Source: Geosiphon pyriformis uo1 (taxonomy: Eukaryota > Fungi > Glomeromycota). From it: 64,000 bases of DNA. Made by a program: the position numbers and the translations under genes. The notes below the pieces were generated by a model, which searched no databases, was not told the origin of the DNA, and was given only the letters and a program-made list of their open reading frames with translations. The stretch is from assembly GCA_016748015.1 (NCBI GenBank), contig JAAOMT010000445.1, positions 248,001-312,000 of the forward strand. The letters are read 5' to 3'. Shown in pieces: positions 26,241 to 38,641 of this stretch (position 1 is the stretch's first letter; the number at the start of each line of letters is the position of its first letter).

Positions 26241-29200
26241 TTAGATTTGTAGCATCCTTGACAAACTGTCAGCATTGGTGTTCTTAGATCCTTCTTTGTA
26301 ATGAACTTTGAGTGAGAATTGTTGCAGATAAGTACTCCATCTAGCATATTTTCTTTCTAGTTGTGGGTTATTAAGTAATCAGATAAGTTCTTTATGATCA
26401 GTATATAGGTCAAATAGTTGCTGGAGATAGTGTTTCTATGTTTGTATGGCCCAATAAATAGTGAGACATTCTAAATCCATTGTGCTATATATTTTTTCTG
26501 CTGGACTAGTACTGCGACAATGAATTGTTTGGTGAAGTTAAAATAAATCAGTATTGGAGATGTGATTAATTGCTGTTTAAGATAATTAAAGACTTTTTGT
26601 TGTTCTTTTTTTTACAGATATGACACATATTTGGACAACAAGTGATGAAGAGATTTTGTAATAGTTGAGAATCCTTTGACAAATTAGTGGTAGTATCCAG
26701 TCAATCCTAAAAATCCTCACAGCTCTCATAGATTGATTGGGACTGAAAAATCCTTGATCTTTTGGATTTTGTCTGGATCGGGTTTTACTTTGTTCTTGCC
26801 AATCACATGTCTTAAGAATTTCAGTTCAGTTTTCCTAAAGAAGTATTTATTAGAATTAAGTTTTAATTTGGCACCTTAAAGGCATTTGAAGACTTGTTAC
26901 AGATAGAGCAAATGTTTGTCAAATGTTTTCAAAAAGACATTGGTGTTGTCCAAGTATACTATAACTGATTTCCACAAGATTCTTTTATACACGACATCCA
27001 TAAGACATTGGAAAATAGCGGGAGCATTGCACAGTCTGAAAGACATCACATTGAATTCAAAATTTCCATCTTGTGTGGTGAATGCCATTTTTTCTTTGTC
27101 TTTTAGGTCCATTTCAACTTGCCAATATCCACTGGCTAGATCTAGTGATGAGAACAATTTTTTCTTTCCTAAGTTGTTTAGGATTTTTTGGATAAAAGAA
27201 GTGGAATAGTTATCTTCTTGGATAACACTGTTTAATTTCTGGTAATCTACACAGAATTGTACCTTTCTATTTTTCTTTGTGACTAAAACTATTAAAAAGA
27301 ACCAAGAGCTTAATAATTCTTTAATCAGTCTATTGTCAAGCATTTGTTGTACTTTCTGCTTAATCAGATTATCGTCAGATAGGGTACTCAATAAGTTTAC
27401 TGCTTAATAGGTCAAACATCTCTGGTGTTAATCTGGTGTTTTACAATGTTAGTACATCTGAACTCATTTTTACTGGCAAAGACATTGGCATATTGGTTCA
27501 ATAGAATCTTAAGTTGCATTTGCTGTAAAGTGCTCAGATTTCTCAGATTGAGTTTATTAATTTCTTCCAGCGTGAACAAGTAACTTTCTTTTAGCAGATT
27601 TCATACTTGTGAAGTAATGTCACAAAACAAGAATAATTGAGTGAAATCTAAAATAAGCTGAGGTTTTTCTGGATTTTGAATATCTGAAGATATAGAACCA
27701 ATAAGAGTTTTTTCAGGAATTTTGATAATGTTTTCAATCGGATTATGGATAGGAATTTTGAAGTGTTTATAAGCTTTGGTTGGTAAGTACAGGTTAGTAA
27801 CGTTGGTTAGTGAGCAGATCTCGGAATTGGCCTTGAAGACTAGTGCTTGGTTCTGAATCTTCTGGTCAACTTTGAGAATGTATTGCCAATAAAGAGAAAT
27901 AGAAATAATGTTGTCGGTATAAATAAGTTCTACTTGGTCACTATCTTTTTTTGTAAAATTGACCATTACATTCTCTCTTTCACTTGAGCCAAATCCATTG
28001 ATTCCTTAGACAATAAGGCTTAATTCTTCTTGGGTGGTAACTGGAGCTAGTTGGAGTATTTTGACTAAAGATAGGAAGATGGCTTGGGCAATTTTTTCAT
28101 GAAATTTGATCTTGTAGGATTTGTCTGAATTGTTTTGTAGCATTATAATAATGTTTCCCATATATCTGGCATCAATAATTTTTTCTTTTACGTTGATTTC
28201 TTTCTTTGTAAGGCTCGATCTAAACACTACTTGTATTATAATGCTAACAAAAATTTCTAGCACTATTTTGAGATCTATTTTTACCAAGGAATGTGGGACT
28301 ATAACTATGTGTGATTGTCCAGGGTATCTTAAATCAAAACTTGCATCAGTCTTATGCACTCTTTTTGGGCATATTTCTTTATCATTGTCACTGTACTATT
28401 TTAATTCTAATTTTTTGGAGAAGTTGGAATATACAAGGTATTGTTCTATTTCAGTAGTCTGATTCAGCTCTTAAAATAACATGTTCTTGGCAAGTAATTC
28501 CTTTTTTTCCTTGGGCTCAGGTAATTTGGTGATCAATAGAATTCTGGGAGGCAGTTTGAACATAAGATCACACTCGTTACAGTATTAAAAGTGGCAAAGA
28601 ATTAAGCAATAATTGCATAATTTGGTATTTAAATCAACTAGCCACTGTTCTTGCTTTTTTTGAGTCAGAGCCAATTCTTGATATCAGTTCTAAAATGCAT
28701 CAGGATCATTTGTAAAGAAATCATCCACAAGGTAGTCGGGTCCATTATATTCAGGTGCCCAAAGGTTGTTCTTAATTTCTCATATTTCTTTGGGCGTGGC
28801 ATCTTTAGCTTTAGTGCTTGCCATTCTCCAAATTTTATGATCATTATGTAGATAACTGTCCAGTCTATTAAGTGCTTGTTTCCAAGCATTCTTGATGGGA
28901 GTTCCTTTTTGTACCCAATTATTGATTAATATGATGTACTGACAAACCTTGTCACATGTTTTTCTTCTGCCAGACACATCATTCCAGAGTCCTTTATCAA
29001 ACAGAATTTTGCCACATGCAAGGCACAGTGTGTTGTTCCACTTGTCTTGTTATTTTGGTCGTCCAAATCTTTTCAGTACACAAAATTTGCAGTAGTATTT
29101 GGTAGCAGTGGGCCATTTTTTGTTGTTTCCAATACATGCACCCATTGTGGATAGCTTCTTTCTACAATCAACACATATTAGTTTTGGAAGTTGATAAAAT

Positions 29201-29726
29201 AAATTTCTTTAGTCTGAGATTACATATCCTAGTGATGACGATTGGAGTTTTTCTTTGGCTTTGCCTTTTTTTTTTTCTTTCCAGGTTGGTGGTGGGAGTA
29301 GTTCAGTTCAATAATTGTCCGCCCATGAAACCTGATAGATCTCAATGGTTGGTGGTAGTGGTGTGTCTTTGAATTCAATTAGGGGTTTCTTAATATGTTG
29401 GATTTTAAAGTGTCTACATGTAGCTGAAACTCGGGCATACTGTTTATTAAACATGAGTTGAAGTTTTTGGGTATTCCAGTCGAGCATAACATTGGCTTTT
29501 GACAACCAATCATTTCTTACTAGAGCTTGATATTAAGTAGCTTCCATGACAAGTACCTTGGTAGGGATCTGGATTCTATTAATCTTAAAGAGGAAGTTGT
29601 TAATTTTTTCTATTAGAGTTTTTGTGTTTCCATCTACTGTAATGATCTGGGAAGTAGTAGCACAGTTTACTTGATGACCTAGTTGGTTCATGAACTGTTT
29701 TGTAATTATGTTACTGGCTGATCTGC
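26241..29726 (-). pseudogene. pol: Element D Pol: protease C-half, Cys-rich region, dUTPase, RT, RNase H
   Basis: ORFs 26897..27391 (RT, VYLDN), 28006..28359 (dUTPase), 28780..28977 and 29533..29808. Confidence 0.9.
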
Positions 29727-30730
29727 TGTTACAGGTAATTATTTGAGGTTTCAAAGCAAATAACAAATCTGTAACTTGGTGCTTAATATCTTGATAATAC
29801 TGGTACATTGGTTGTATCTAAAGGTTTTTAGAGTTGAGTCCTTTGTATAATGGACAAAGATTTAATTATTGTCTTTCCCATAGCCTCCTGGAATCGCAAT
29901 TCTATCAAATTTTTTTCTTAGTGTGGTGGCTGGTAATCTTGGCAGAGATGTCCTTCTGGTAAGCTATCCTTAAATTCTCAATTCCAATACCCTTCCTTTG
30001 GGATTTTTTACCAAGCTATTCTTAACATTAATAACTTAGCACTTAACTTTTTAATTAATTTAGTGAATAACAAAAGAAAATAAAATAAAATAAAGAAAAT
30101 AAAAGAAAATAAAAAAAATAAAATAAGAAATAAGTATCCTGTCAATAGTTGTGATTAAGAGCTATTGTGCCAGCAAGTTAAGTAGTAGATAATAACATAG
30201 ATTTATAGATAATAGATAATTTCATTAATATGGGTGTGATTTTTCTTCAAGTTATAGTATTCTATCTTTTGAAGGAAGAGTATTTAATCATTATGACCTG
30301 CGAGTCTAATTGACTTTGTGAGTCTAATTGACTCTGAGAGTTCTACTGACTCTTAGTCTTTTTAACTTTTTGTTTCATTGACTTTTTGTCTCCTTGACTT
30401 ATTTTCTAACTTCTGATACTACTGCTATATATACATAATTTGAGTTCTACGAAATTGCTCACATTCTTGAGCAATGTTCTATAATTTCTCAAGCAATGTT
30501 TATATTGCTGAGCAATATGCCATGATTTCTGACATTGCTCCATATTGCTGAGCAATGTGCCTGTAATTTCTGATAATGTGCTCATTGCTGAACAATGTGC
30601 CGTGATTCTCTGACAATGCTTCACATTGCTGAGCAATATGTTTACATGCTATATACTATTTTCTTATTGGTCTATTTTCTCTATCTGTTTTTTCCTACTA
30701 TTTTCTTGTATTTTTTTTTTATGAGTAACA
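29727..30730 (-). repeat. 3' LTR of element E
   Basis: TGTTACAGG...ATGAGTAACA, followed by TTATTCCCTCTTTTAAT (PPT on -). Confidence 0.9.
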
Positions 30731-31030
30731 TTATTCCCTCTTTTAATATTGAGCTCCTGTGAAATCTTCTAAATTTTTCTTTTGTATCAATGTTGTTGCT
30801 GTAATTTCTATTGCTATTTGTAAATCTAATTTTATACATGACTGGGGTTTTTAACTATAGCAGTCTGTTCAGAATATCAATTTCAAATCTTGCATCTGTA
30901 TTATGTGCATGTTCAGACATAATGCTTTCATTATTATCACTGAATTTAGTTAATTCCTGCTCTATTATAAGATCTAGAAGTGTGATATATTGTTCAATGT
31001 TTGAAGCAGAGTTTGAATTTGTTGTTGGCA

Positions 31031-31180
31031 GAGTTTGAATTGTTGTTGTCATTAGTGAAGTTTGAATTATTGTTGTCATTAGTGAAGTTTGAATCGTTGT
31101 TGTCATCAGCAGAGTTTAAATTATTGCTGTCATTAATGGCATTTGAATTGTTGCTGTTATCAGTGGAGTTTGAATTGAAA
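31031..31180. repeat. 27-bp tandem repeat (~6 units), in frame as SNFTNDNNN on -
   Basis: TTTGAAT recurs at 31034, 31061, 31088, 31115 (TTTAAAT), 31142 and 31169. Confidence 0.8.
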
Positions 31181-31621
31181 TTAAGTTCTGATTCCCATTT
31201 GTTCTCGCTAATTGGCTCTTTTTCAAATATATAACACATGGGAGTAGATTGTGACTATGTCCCAATATTCTGACTTAGGGCCGTTAGGTGAGTTTTTCTG
31301 ATTTATTGGTACTGTGAGAATTAGGTAAGTTTCCTTGTATAATAGCGGTGTTTGGAATTTATCAGACTTCGAATGTTCAGGTTTTTGAATAATTCCCTGA
31401 GTTTGAATTGCTAGAGATTTAATGAGTTTTATTGATGGTAAGTTTCTTTGTATGATAGCAGGATTGGAATTATTGGGTTTCGAATGTTTAGATTTTTTAA
31501 CAATCGGATTTTGAATAATCAGAGTTTTAACAAGTTTATCAAAGATAAGTTTCAAATATTTAAAGTTTTAACGATCAGGTCAGAGTTTTAATTTAACGAG
31601 TTTTAACAAATTTATCAATGG

Positions 31622-32604
31622 TGTTACCAGAGGTTTTTGGTCTCTTTTCTTAAATGTTGTCGATACTTGTTTGCTGTAAATTCATGTTTTCTGGATGTGG
31701 TTAAATCTCCAGTAACTGAATTTATCTTCAAATTATCTCCTATAATTTGAACTGCTGGGCTTATAAGTGGAATGGCCAATTTTATGCCAGTTGCTTTATG
31801 TAGTTACATTGTAGTAAATGTCAACTCTTTTCCAGGAAATGCTTGTCTGGAAGCTCACTAAAAAAATGTGTAGTTACTTTGCTATGAAAGTCAACTCTTC
31901 TACAGGAATCTTGTCTGTAGACTATCCTAATGATTATAGTAAGAAAATAAAAAGAAAATAAAAAAAATGTAAAAGAAATAAAATTCTGTCAAGGGAGATG
32001 TTTTCAATCCAAGCCTGGAGTCACTAACAGTTTATTGAAATTGGTAGCTAATCAATTTCAAAATGTTAGTTGAGTTTTAAGAATTTTCTAAATGCAATAA
32101 TTAAAGAGTTTTTGGTTTTTCGAATTATTTTATATTTATTTCTTTTTGTGTGTGTAGAAGTGGTTCTAAGTAATAAATCTAAAGTAAGATACATTTTCTC
32201 GAAGAAAGAAGCTCTTCTTTTATACAACTTGTTGTAACACTATTCTATGAATTTGAACTTTGCTATTTTCTACAATTTTGCTGAACTAAAGATACATTTC
32301 GGCAAACTACAAGTTATTTCTGTGAACTATTAGATATTTCAGTGAATTATCAATTATTTTGGCAAATTTCTACAAATTTTGGCGAACTTTTGAATGTTAC
32401 ATAGTTCGGGGTATTGCATAATTAATCATCACAATTAGGTTACATTTGTGTTGTGTACAATTTGGGTTATTAATTAAATAATAATTTTGGACATTTTTGC
32501 TAATGTAATAAGTGATAATTTGAAACAATAATATATGCTAATTAATGATAGGAATTATAAGATAATTTCATGTTAAATAATATCTTTAATTTTATTTGGT
32601 AATA
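31622..32604 (-). repeat. 3' LTR of element F
   Basis: TGTTACCAGAGG...TTTGGTAATA, then the PPT complement TAACCTCCTTTTT. Confidence 0.92.
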
Positions 32605-33292
32605 TAACCTCCTTTTTAAGACTGAGCTTCATCAAAGTCCAAGTACTGTTTGTTATTTCCAAATAATAATCCAAAATTATTGAAGAAATTTGGTCTGACA
32701 ATTGTTGAAATTTCAGTTTTGTGAGCTTTCCAATGTATTGAATCTTCAAAGGTTGAAAAATTGGGTTTTGTAGTATGTTTTCACAGGTGTGGAATAGGTC
32801 ATAAAGTCTAAGAGCAGCTCTGAGTCTGTAGTAACTGTTTGTTGATCTAGCTGTTGTCTTGAATTTATTGTGAAGTTGTTTTTGAATAGCTTCTTTTGTG
32901 AGGTTTGCTGTTGTAAATTCTAGTTTCCATTCGTAAAGTGTTTTTCCAATGTGAAAATATTTATAGATTGGAGGATATTTAGTGTTTTCCTCATTGAGAC
33001 ACAGTTGAAGTCTTTGTTGAATTGTAGCATTTGGTGAAATACTAATCAGAGTAAGCATTAGGTTTTCTCTTAAAGCAAGCTTTAAAAGTTCTGGCAGGTA
33101 AATTCCAGTATAACTTCTTGTGTTCTTCTTATACGGGTGATATTTTTGTGAATTTGGGGCTAAATTTGTAACTACTTCTGTTTGGGTATAATTAATGTGG
33201 TTTCCAGTAACAGTAATAGATAATTCGGGTATTGTTTTTAAAGCTAACATTAGTTTTTGGAATAATTGTTGAATGTTTTGAGGAATAGTCAT
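32573..33292 (-). CDS. Element F ORF3, open ~239-aa reading frame of unknown function
   Basis: Uninterrupted ORF (MTIPQNIQQL...KYHPYKK...YFHIGKTLYE...RLYDLF...IGKLTKLKFQQL) conserved in A and G. Confidence 0.75.
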   Translation of the reverse strand: MTIPQNIQQLFQKLMLALKTIPELSITVTGNHINYTQTEVVTNLAPNSQKYHPYKKNTRSYTGIYLPELLKLALRENLMLTLISISPNATIQQRLQLCLNEENTKYPPIYKYFHIGKTLYEWKLEFTTANLTKEAIQKQLHNKFKTTARSTNSYYRLRAALRLYDLFHTCENILQNPIFQPLKIQYIGKLTKLKFQQLSDQISSIILDYYLEITNSTWTLMKLSLKKEVILPNKIKDII

Positions 33293-33412
33293 TATAAGCA
33301 ATTTAAAATAAAAAAAATTATTTTTGGTGTATGGGTTTTTATGTTATTTTTGTTTTGTTTTTGTGAGATTGCTTTTAAATTATAAAAAAATAACTATAAT
33401 AATAAATTTAAA

Positions 33413-34798
33413 TTAAGTGTTCAAGTTGGGAGGCTGTTCAATGACAACTATTGGTTCTAAATTTTGGGGAATGTCTTTGGGATTGATTAAAAGGGAATGT
33501 GTACCAATTTGTGGAATTAATGGTTCAGGATTGTTTCTGGAATTATAGTGTTTCAAACAATCTCCATGTGCAACTTTTGCTAGAATTTTGTTATCAAGTC
33601 TTAGCTTGTATGATCTGTTGCCTAAAACTTCATAGATAAAGAATGGTTCATCCCATTTATTCTCAAATTTTCCACTCCATTGTTTTTCAGCTTTAGTTCT
33701 GTGTAAGAGAACTTTGTTTCCAATTTTAAATTCATTGGTGATTGGAGACAATTTGTCATCATGCTGTTCTTTTTGTTAAGCTTGAGAGTGTTTAATATGG
33801 GTGGCTGCAATTCATTGTTTTCCTTCCAATGTACTAAGCAGAGTGTAGGCTTTTCACTGAAGCATTTCTTAAAAATTGTTTTCATCAATTGGTTGTGCTG
33901 GGTATGTTTCCACTATGAAACTAATTGGTAACATTGCTGTCTTTCCGTAAGTTAAATCAAATGGTGTGTGTTTTGTGGTATCTTGTTTTAGTGTCCTATA
34001 TACTAGTAACACTGATGGAATAAAGAGATCCCATTCTTGTTCAAAATCAGTTGAAACTTTGGCTAATGATTTACACAATGTTCTGTTAAACTGTTCTACA
34101 AGTCCATTTGTTTGTGGATGGTAGGGTGAAGATAATGGTCTCTTGACATTAAATTGTCCACAAATTTTCTGGATTAAATTGTTCACAAAATGTGTTCCTT
34201 GATCAGATAAAAGTTCTATTGGGCATCTATGTCTACAAATGATGTCTTTGTAGATGAAGCTTGCTATTGATTTTGCATCTGCCCATTGAATGGCTTTGGC
34301 TTCAGGCCATTTGGTGAAATAGTCTACAGCTACTGCAATATAACGGTTTCCTTGGTTTGTGATAGGTAGTGGTCTGACTAAATCAATACCAACTCTGTCA
34401 AAAGGCTGTCCAATTTTGATTGGGTTTAAAGATTCTGTAGGGCGAGTTCCTTTTCTTCTTTGACAACTATCACAAAATTCGACATATTCGTAAATGTTTT
34501 TTCTCATTCGAGGCCAAAAGTAGTATTCTAGTGTTTTTTGGGTGGTGCTGTCTTTTCCGAAGTGGGCTGATGAAGGATCTGAGTGCATGTTGTATAATAT
34601 AGTCTCTTTTTCCTGTTCTTGTATTAATCTGAGTGGTTTGTCTGGGTTTTTGAAATTTCGATAATAAATAATGTTGTTGTGTAGAAAATATTGTTTGGCT
34701 TGTTGTTGTAGTTGATGTTTTTCATCTGGAAACCAATCTGTTGGGATTGTTAATGTTTCCAAATATTGTTTGAGATCATTGTAGTTTTCCGAATTCAT
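33413..34798 (-). pseudogene. int: Element F stand-alone integrase
   Basis: 309-aa ORF with intact HHCC (MHSDPSSAHFG...CDSC) and DDE (GIDLV, SDQG, LVEQFN). The C-terminal part 33413..33751 follows premature stops. Confidence 0.93.
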
Positions 34799-34850
34799 TG
34801 TTTGTTGGCTCTTTTGGTTGGTTAAGTTGAGTGTTGGTTTTTGTGTTTTT

Positions 34851-37613
34851 CTAATCTTGTCTCATTCTGGAGAGACAGTCAATATTGGTGTAGAATTTTC
34901 CTGGTTTGTAATGTACTATGTATCAATAATTTGCTAAAAATCTTGTCCATCGGGTTTGTTTTGCATTCAGTTAAGTATTTTTGTTCTGAAGCCATTTGAG
35001 TCCAATATTATCAGTGATAATATCGAATTCTTTAGGCCTGAAATAAAGGTTGAAGTGATGTAGGGCCCAAATTATGGCTGCTGTTTCTAGTTCTGTTTTA
35101 TTGGCCTAGTTGAACGTTGATCCAAGAGCCATGAATGTTTCAATGAGGGGTTTTTCCTCTTCCAGTTTGAATTCAAAAGCTGGGGCTTTTTCAGAGCATT
35201 TGTTGAATGTACCACAAGTGGCAGGTACCCAGATGTGTTGTCCTTGATAGAAGATTGTTAATTCTTGTGTTTCCCAATTCAGATTAGCATTGGCTTTTTG
35301 AAGCCAATCATTTCCGATGAGAGCTTGGTACTGGGGTGCATCCATTACAAGAACTTTGACTAGAATGGTAATTCTATCAAAAGTGAATGGAAAATTGTCA
35401 ATTTCTCCTACTGGGGTTTTTTTTATGTCATTGGTAGTAATGATTACTATTTGAGCTGGTCGGTCAACATTTCTCTTCAACTGTTGCGTTAACTGGTAGA
35501 TGATAATGCTTCCGGCGGATCCACTGTCTAGGATCAAGTGAATTGTCTTTCCTTTGACTTCTGCTTTAGTGTACATAACCGTGATTGCTTTTTGTTCATT
35601 GGTGGCTGCATTGCTAAGCAGGAATGATGACTTATTTGCTTCAAACTCAAAAGGAAATATATCTGAAAGGTTAGTGATTTCAGCAATTCTGGCTGATGGA
35701 ATTGTGGTGAGAGTATAGGAAGAGTTTTGTTGTTGTGCTGCAGCTCTACCTTTCAAGGGTGCAGTATAGTAAAAATCCTGTTTTTCTGGCATTGTTAAAT
35801 AACTGGGTTGAGTGTGGTAGTGGTTGGGTCTTGATTGAGTGGAATTTTGGGGAACCAATTGGTTGTTCGAACTAATTCTATTGTTGTTTACTTGGTATTG
35901 GTTTTGTGGTGTGAATTGATTTTGTGTAATCAGTCTTCGAGCAGGTACTTGATAATGTTGTGTGAGTGGTTGTTGGTATTGCTGTTGGATTGGCTGTGGG
36001 ATGGGCTGATAATAGTTATTTTGGTATTGGGGTCTTGGTGGATAATAAGCTAGTGGTGGTGGTTGATAATAAGATTGCTGTAGTGGAAGGTAACGTTGAT
36101 TACTCATATTTTGTTGGTCTTGTTGTAGCTTTCTGCAATCTCTTTTCTAGTGGCCAGAGATTCCACAGTAATGGCAATTTTGAGGCTGGTTATTGGAAAG
36201 TGGTGCAAAGTTATTTTGATTTTGTCTTTGAAGTGGTTGATATCTTTGGGGTTGCTGTTGTTGTTGATTGGTGAAATAGTTTTCAACCTTCTTTGTGAGT
36301 TGGTCAATTTTTTTCTCAGCTGCTGAGCTGGTTTTTCCAATTGCCAAATTTACAAGTTTTGTGCGATTGGCCTCTTCTATGGCCATTTCATATCTTTTCG
36401 CATGCTGTATGGCAGAGTTTAAATCTTCTGGTGCATGTGGGCGAACCTTTTTAATTAGTTTATCTTTTATACCAGCAATAAATTGATCCAAGATTTAAGC
36501 ATCGGAATAATAATTGTTTGTTTCAAGTTGGCGAATTCATCTGAGAAGTTTGTTGAATTTCCCAATATAAGTCATAACAGATTTAGAGAGTTTTTGTTTG
36601 ATATTTCAAAAACAATTGCGAAGGGTGATAGAGGTATTATTGTCGGTGAACTGTTCAAGGAAGGCTGCTTTGAAAGCATTCCAATCATTAAATGGAGTGG
36701 CAAGGTTTTCAAACCATTCTCCTGCTGTTCCTTTGAGAAAGTAGGGAATTGTTCTTAACATTCTGACAGCATTCCATCCATTTGCATCTCCAGCTTTAGT
36801 AACTTGGTCGAGCCATTCTTGGAGACTGGTCTCAATATCTTCTCCATTGAATTCAGGGATTTTTGCGATATATGTTGTCATTTCGTCTTTTTCATTTTCA
36901 CTGTCTATTGATTTTTTTTTAGTTATTTCAAAGTCGTTTTCTTTGTTTGCTGCTGTTTCAGAGTGTTCACTTTGATTTTCAGCTAGAAAATCAAGGAGAT
37001 TGGAACTAGTTTGAATGGGTTTTTGTTGTCTGATAGGACTTCTGAGTAATGTAAAATCTTCTGGTCTTGCAAATTGATTCAAGGGTGAATTAGGTGTTTG
37101 TGCTTGTGCAAGTGAAGCTGGAAAAGGTGTGATAGTAAGTGGAAATTTTGAACTGGTTCCTTGTTTAGGTATTTGTAAATGTTTGGCAGTTGTTTTCAGT
37201 AGTGTTAAAGTATTTGGGGTGGTTCTTGAATATTGCTTTAATTTGTTTTTGCCTTTGTTGCTTGTTTTTGTTTCCAATTCAAAATCAATAGTGTATTAAG
37301 ACTGCACTGGATATGTTTTTTCACAGTATTTGATAATGTTAAAATTAAGTTTGTAAAAGTAAGTGGCAAGTGTTTTACTGTTAAGGTCTTCAGTTTCCAA
37401 CTATAAATAGTGTGCTAAATTATTGTAAAGGTTGCTTCTAACTTCTGAGATATTGTAATTTCCAAAAAGATAATTGTTGATGTGGTTTTCAATGTATTGG
37501 TATACTGATTTCTTGACAACTTCAATTCTGTCTGGAATGTTGAATCTTTGCTTGCAGTGAGTGTAAATTGACTGGTAATACTCTAGAGTTGTTGCATCTG
37601 GTGTGGTCGCCAC
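34851..37613 (-). pseudogene. gag-pol: Element F Gag-protease fused to the RNase H tail by deletion
   Basis: ORFs starting at 37613, 37277, 36491 and 36107 share one frame. CHYCGISGH knuckle and LILDSGSAG protease. Junction at ~35091-35097 leads into ELETAAIIWAL. Confidence 0.92.
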
Positions 37614-37645
37614 TTTGAAGTTGTTTTTGCTGTGTTGTTTCTATG

Positions 37646-37656
37646 GGAGAGCACCA
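37646..37656 (-). promoter_or_regulatory. Primer binding site of element F
   Basis: TGGTGCTCTCC directly inside the 5' LTR on -. Confidence 0.8.
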
Positions 37657-37658
37657 AA

Positions 37659-38641
37659 TGTTACTGGAGGTTTTTGGTCTCTTTTCTTAAATGTTGTCGA
37701 TGCTTGTTTGCTGTGAATTTACGTTTTCTGGATGTGGTTGAACCTCTAGTAACTGAATTTATTTTCAAATTATCTCCTATAATTTGAACTGCTGGGTTTA
37801 TAAGTGGAATGACTAATTCTATGCCAGTTGCTTTATGTAGTTACATTGTAATAAATGTCAACTCTTTTCCAGGAAATGCTCATCTGGAAGCTCACTAAAA
37901 AAATGTGTAGTTACTTTGCTATGAAAGTCAACTTTTCTACAGGAATCTCGTCTGTAAGCTACCCTAATGATTATAGTAAGAAAATAAAAAGAAAATAAAA
38001 AAAATGTAAAAAAAATAGAATTCTGTCAAGAAAGATGTTTTCAATCCAGGCCTGGAGTCACTAACAGTTTATTGAAATTGGTAGCTAATTAATTTCAAAA
38101 CGTTAGTTGAGTTTTGAGAATTTTCTAAGTGCAATAATTAAAAAGTTTTTGGTTTTTCGAATTATTTTATATTTATTTCTTTTTGTGTGTGTAGGAGTGA
38201 TTCTAAGTAATAAATCTAAAGTAAAATACATTTTCTCGAAGAGAAAAGCTCTTCTTTTATACAACTTGTCATAACACTATTCTATAAACTTGAACTTTGC
38301 TATTTTCTACAATTTCGCTGAACTAAAGATACATTTTGGCAAACTACAAGTTATTTCTGTGAACTATTAGATATTTCAGTGAATTATCAATTATTTCGGC
38401 GAATTTCTACAAATTTCGGTGAACTTTTGAATGTTACATAGTTCGGAGTATTGCATGATTGATCATCACAATTAGGTTACATTTGGGTTGTGTACAATTT
38501 GGGTTATTAATTAAATGATAATTTCGGACATTTTTGCTAATGTAATAAGTGATAATTTGAAACAATAATATATGCTAATTAATGATAGGAATTATAAGAT
38601 AATTTCATGCTAAATAATTTCTCTAATTTCGTCTGGTAACA
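37659..38641 (-). repeat. 5' LTR of element F
   Basis: TGTTACTGGAGG...GTCTGGTAACA; direct repeat of 31622..32604. Confidence 0.93.

Larger units (their letters stand above)
31622..38641 (-). mobile_element. Ty3/Gypsy element F (7.0 kb, internal deletion of dUTPase, RT and most of RNase H)
   Basis: 983-bp LTR pair, PBS, gag-PR, integrase, ORF3. TSD ATGG/ACAG. Confidence 0.95.

Noticed and set aside
35800-36110. Q/P/Y/N-rich ORF as a separate prion-like host protein
   Set aside because: It is the low-complexity linker between the Gag knuckle and the protease, in the Gag frame.
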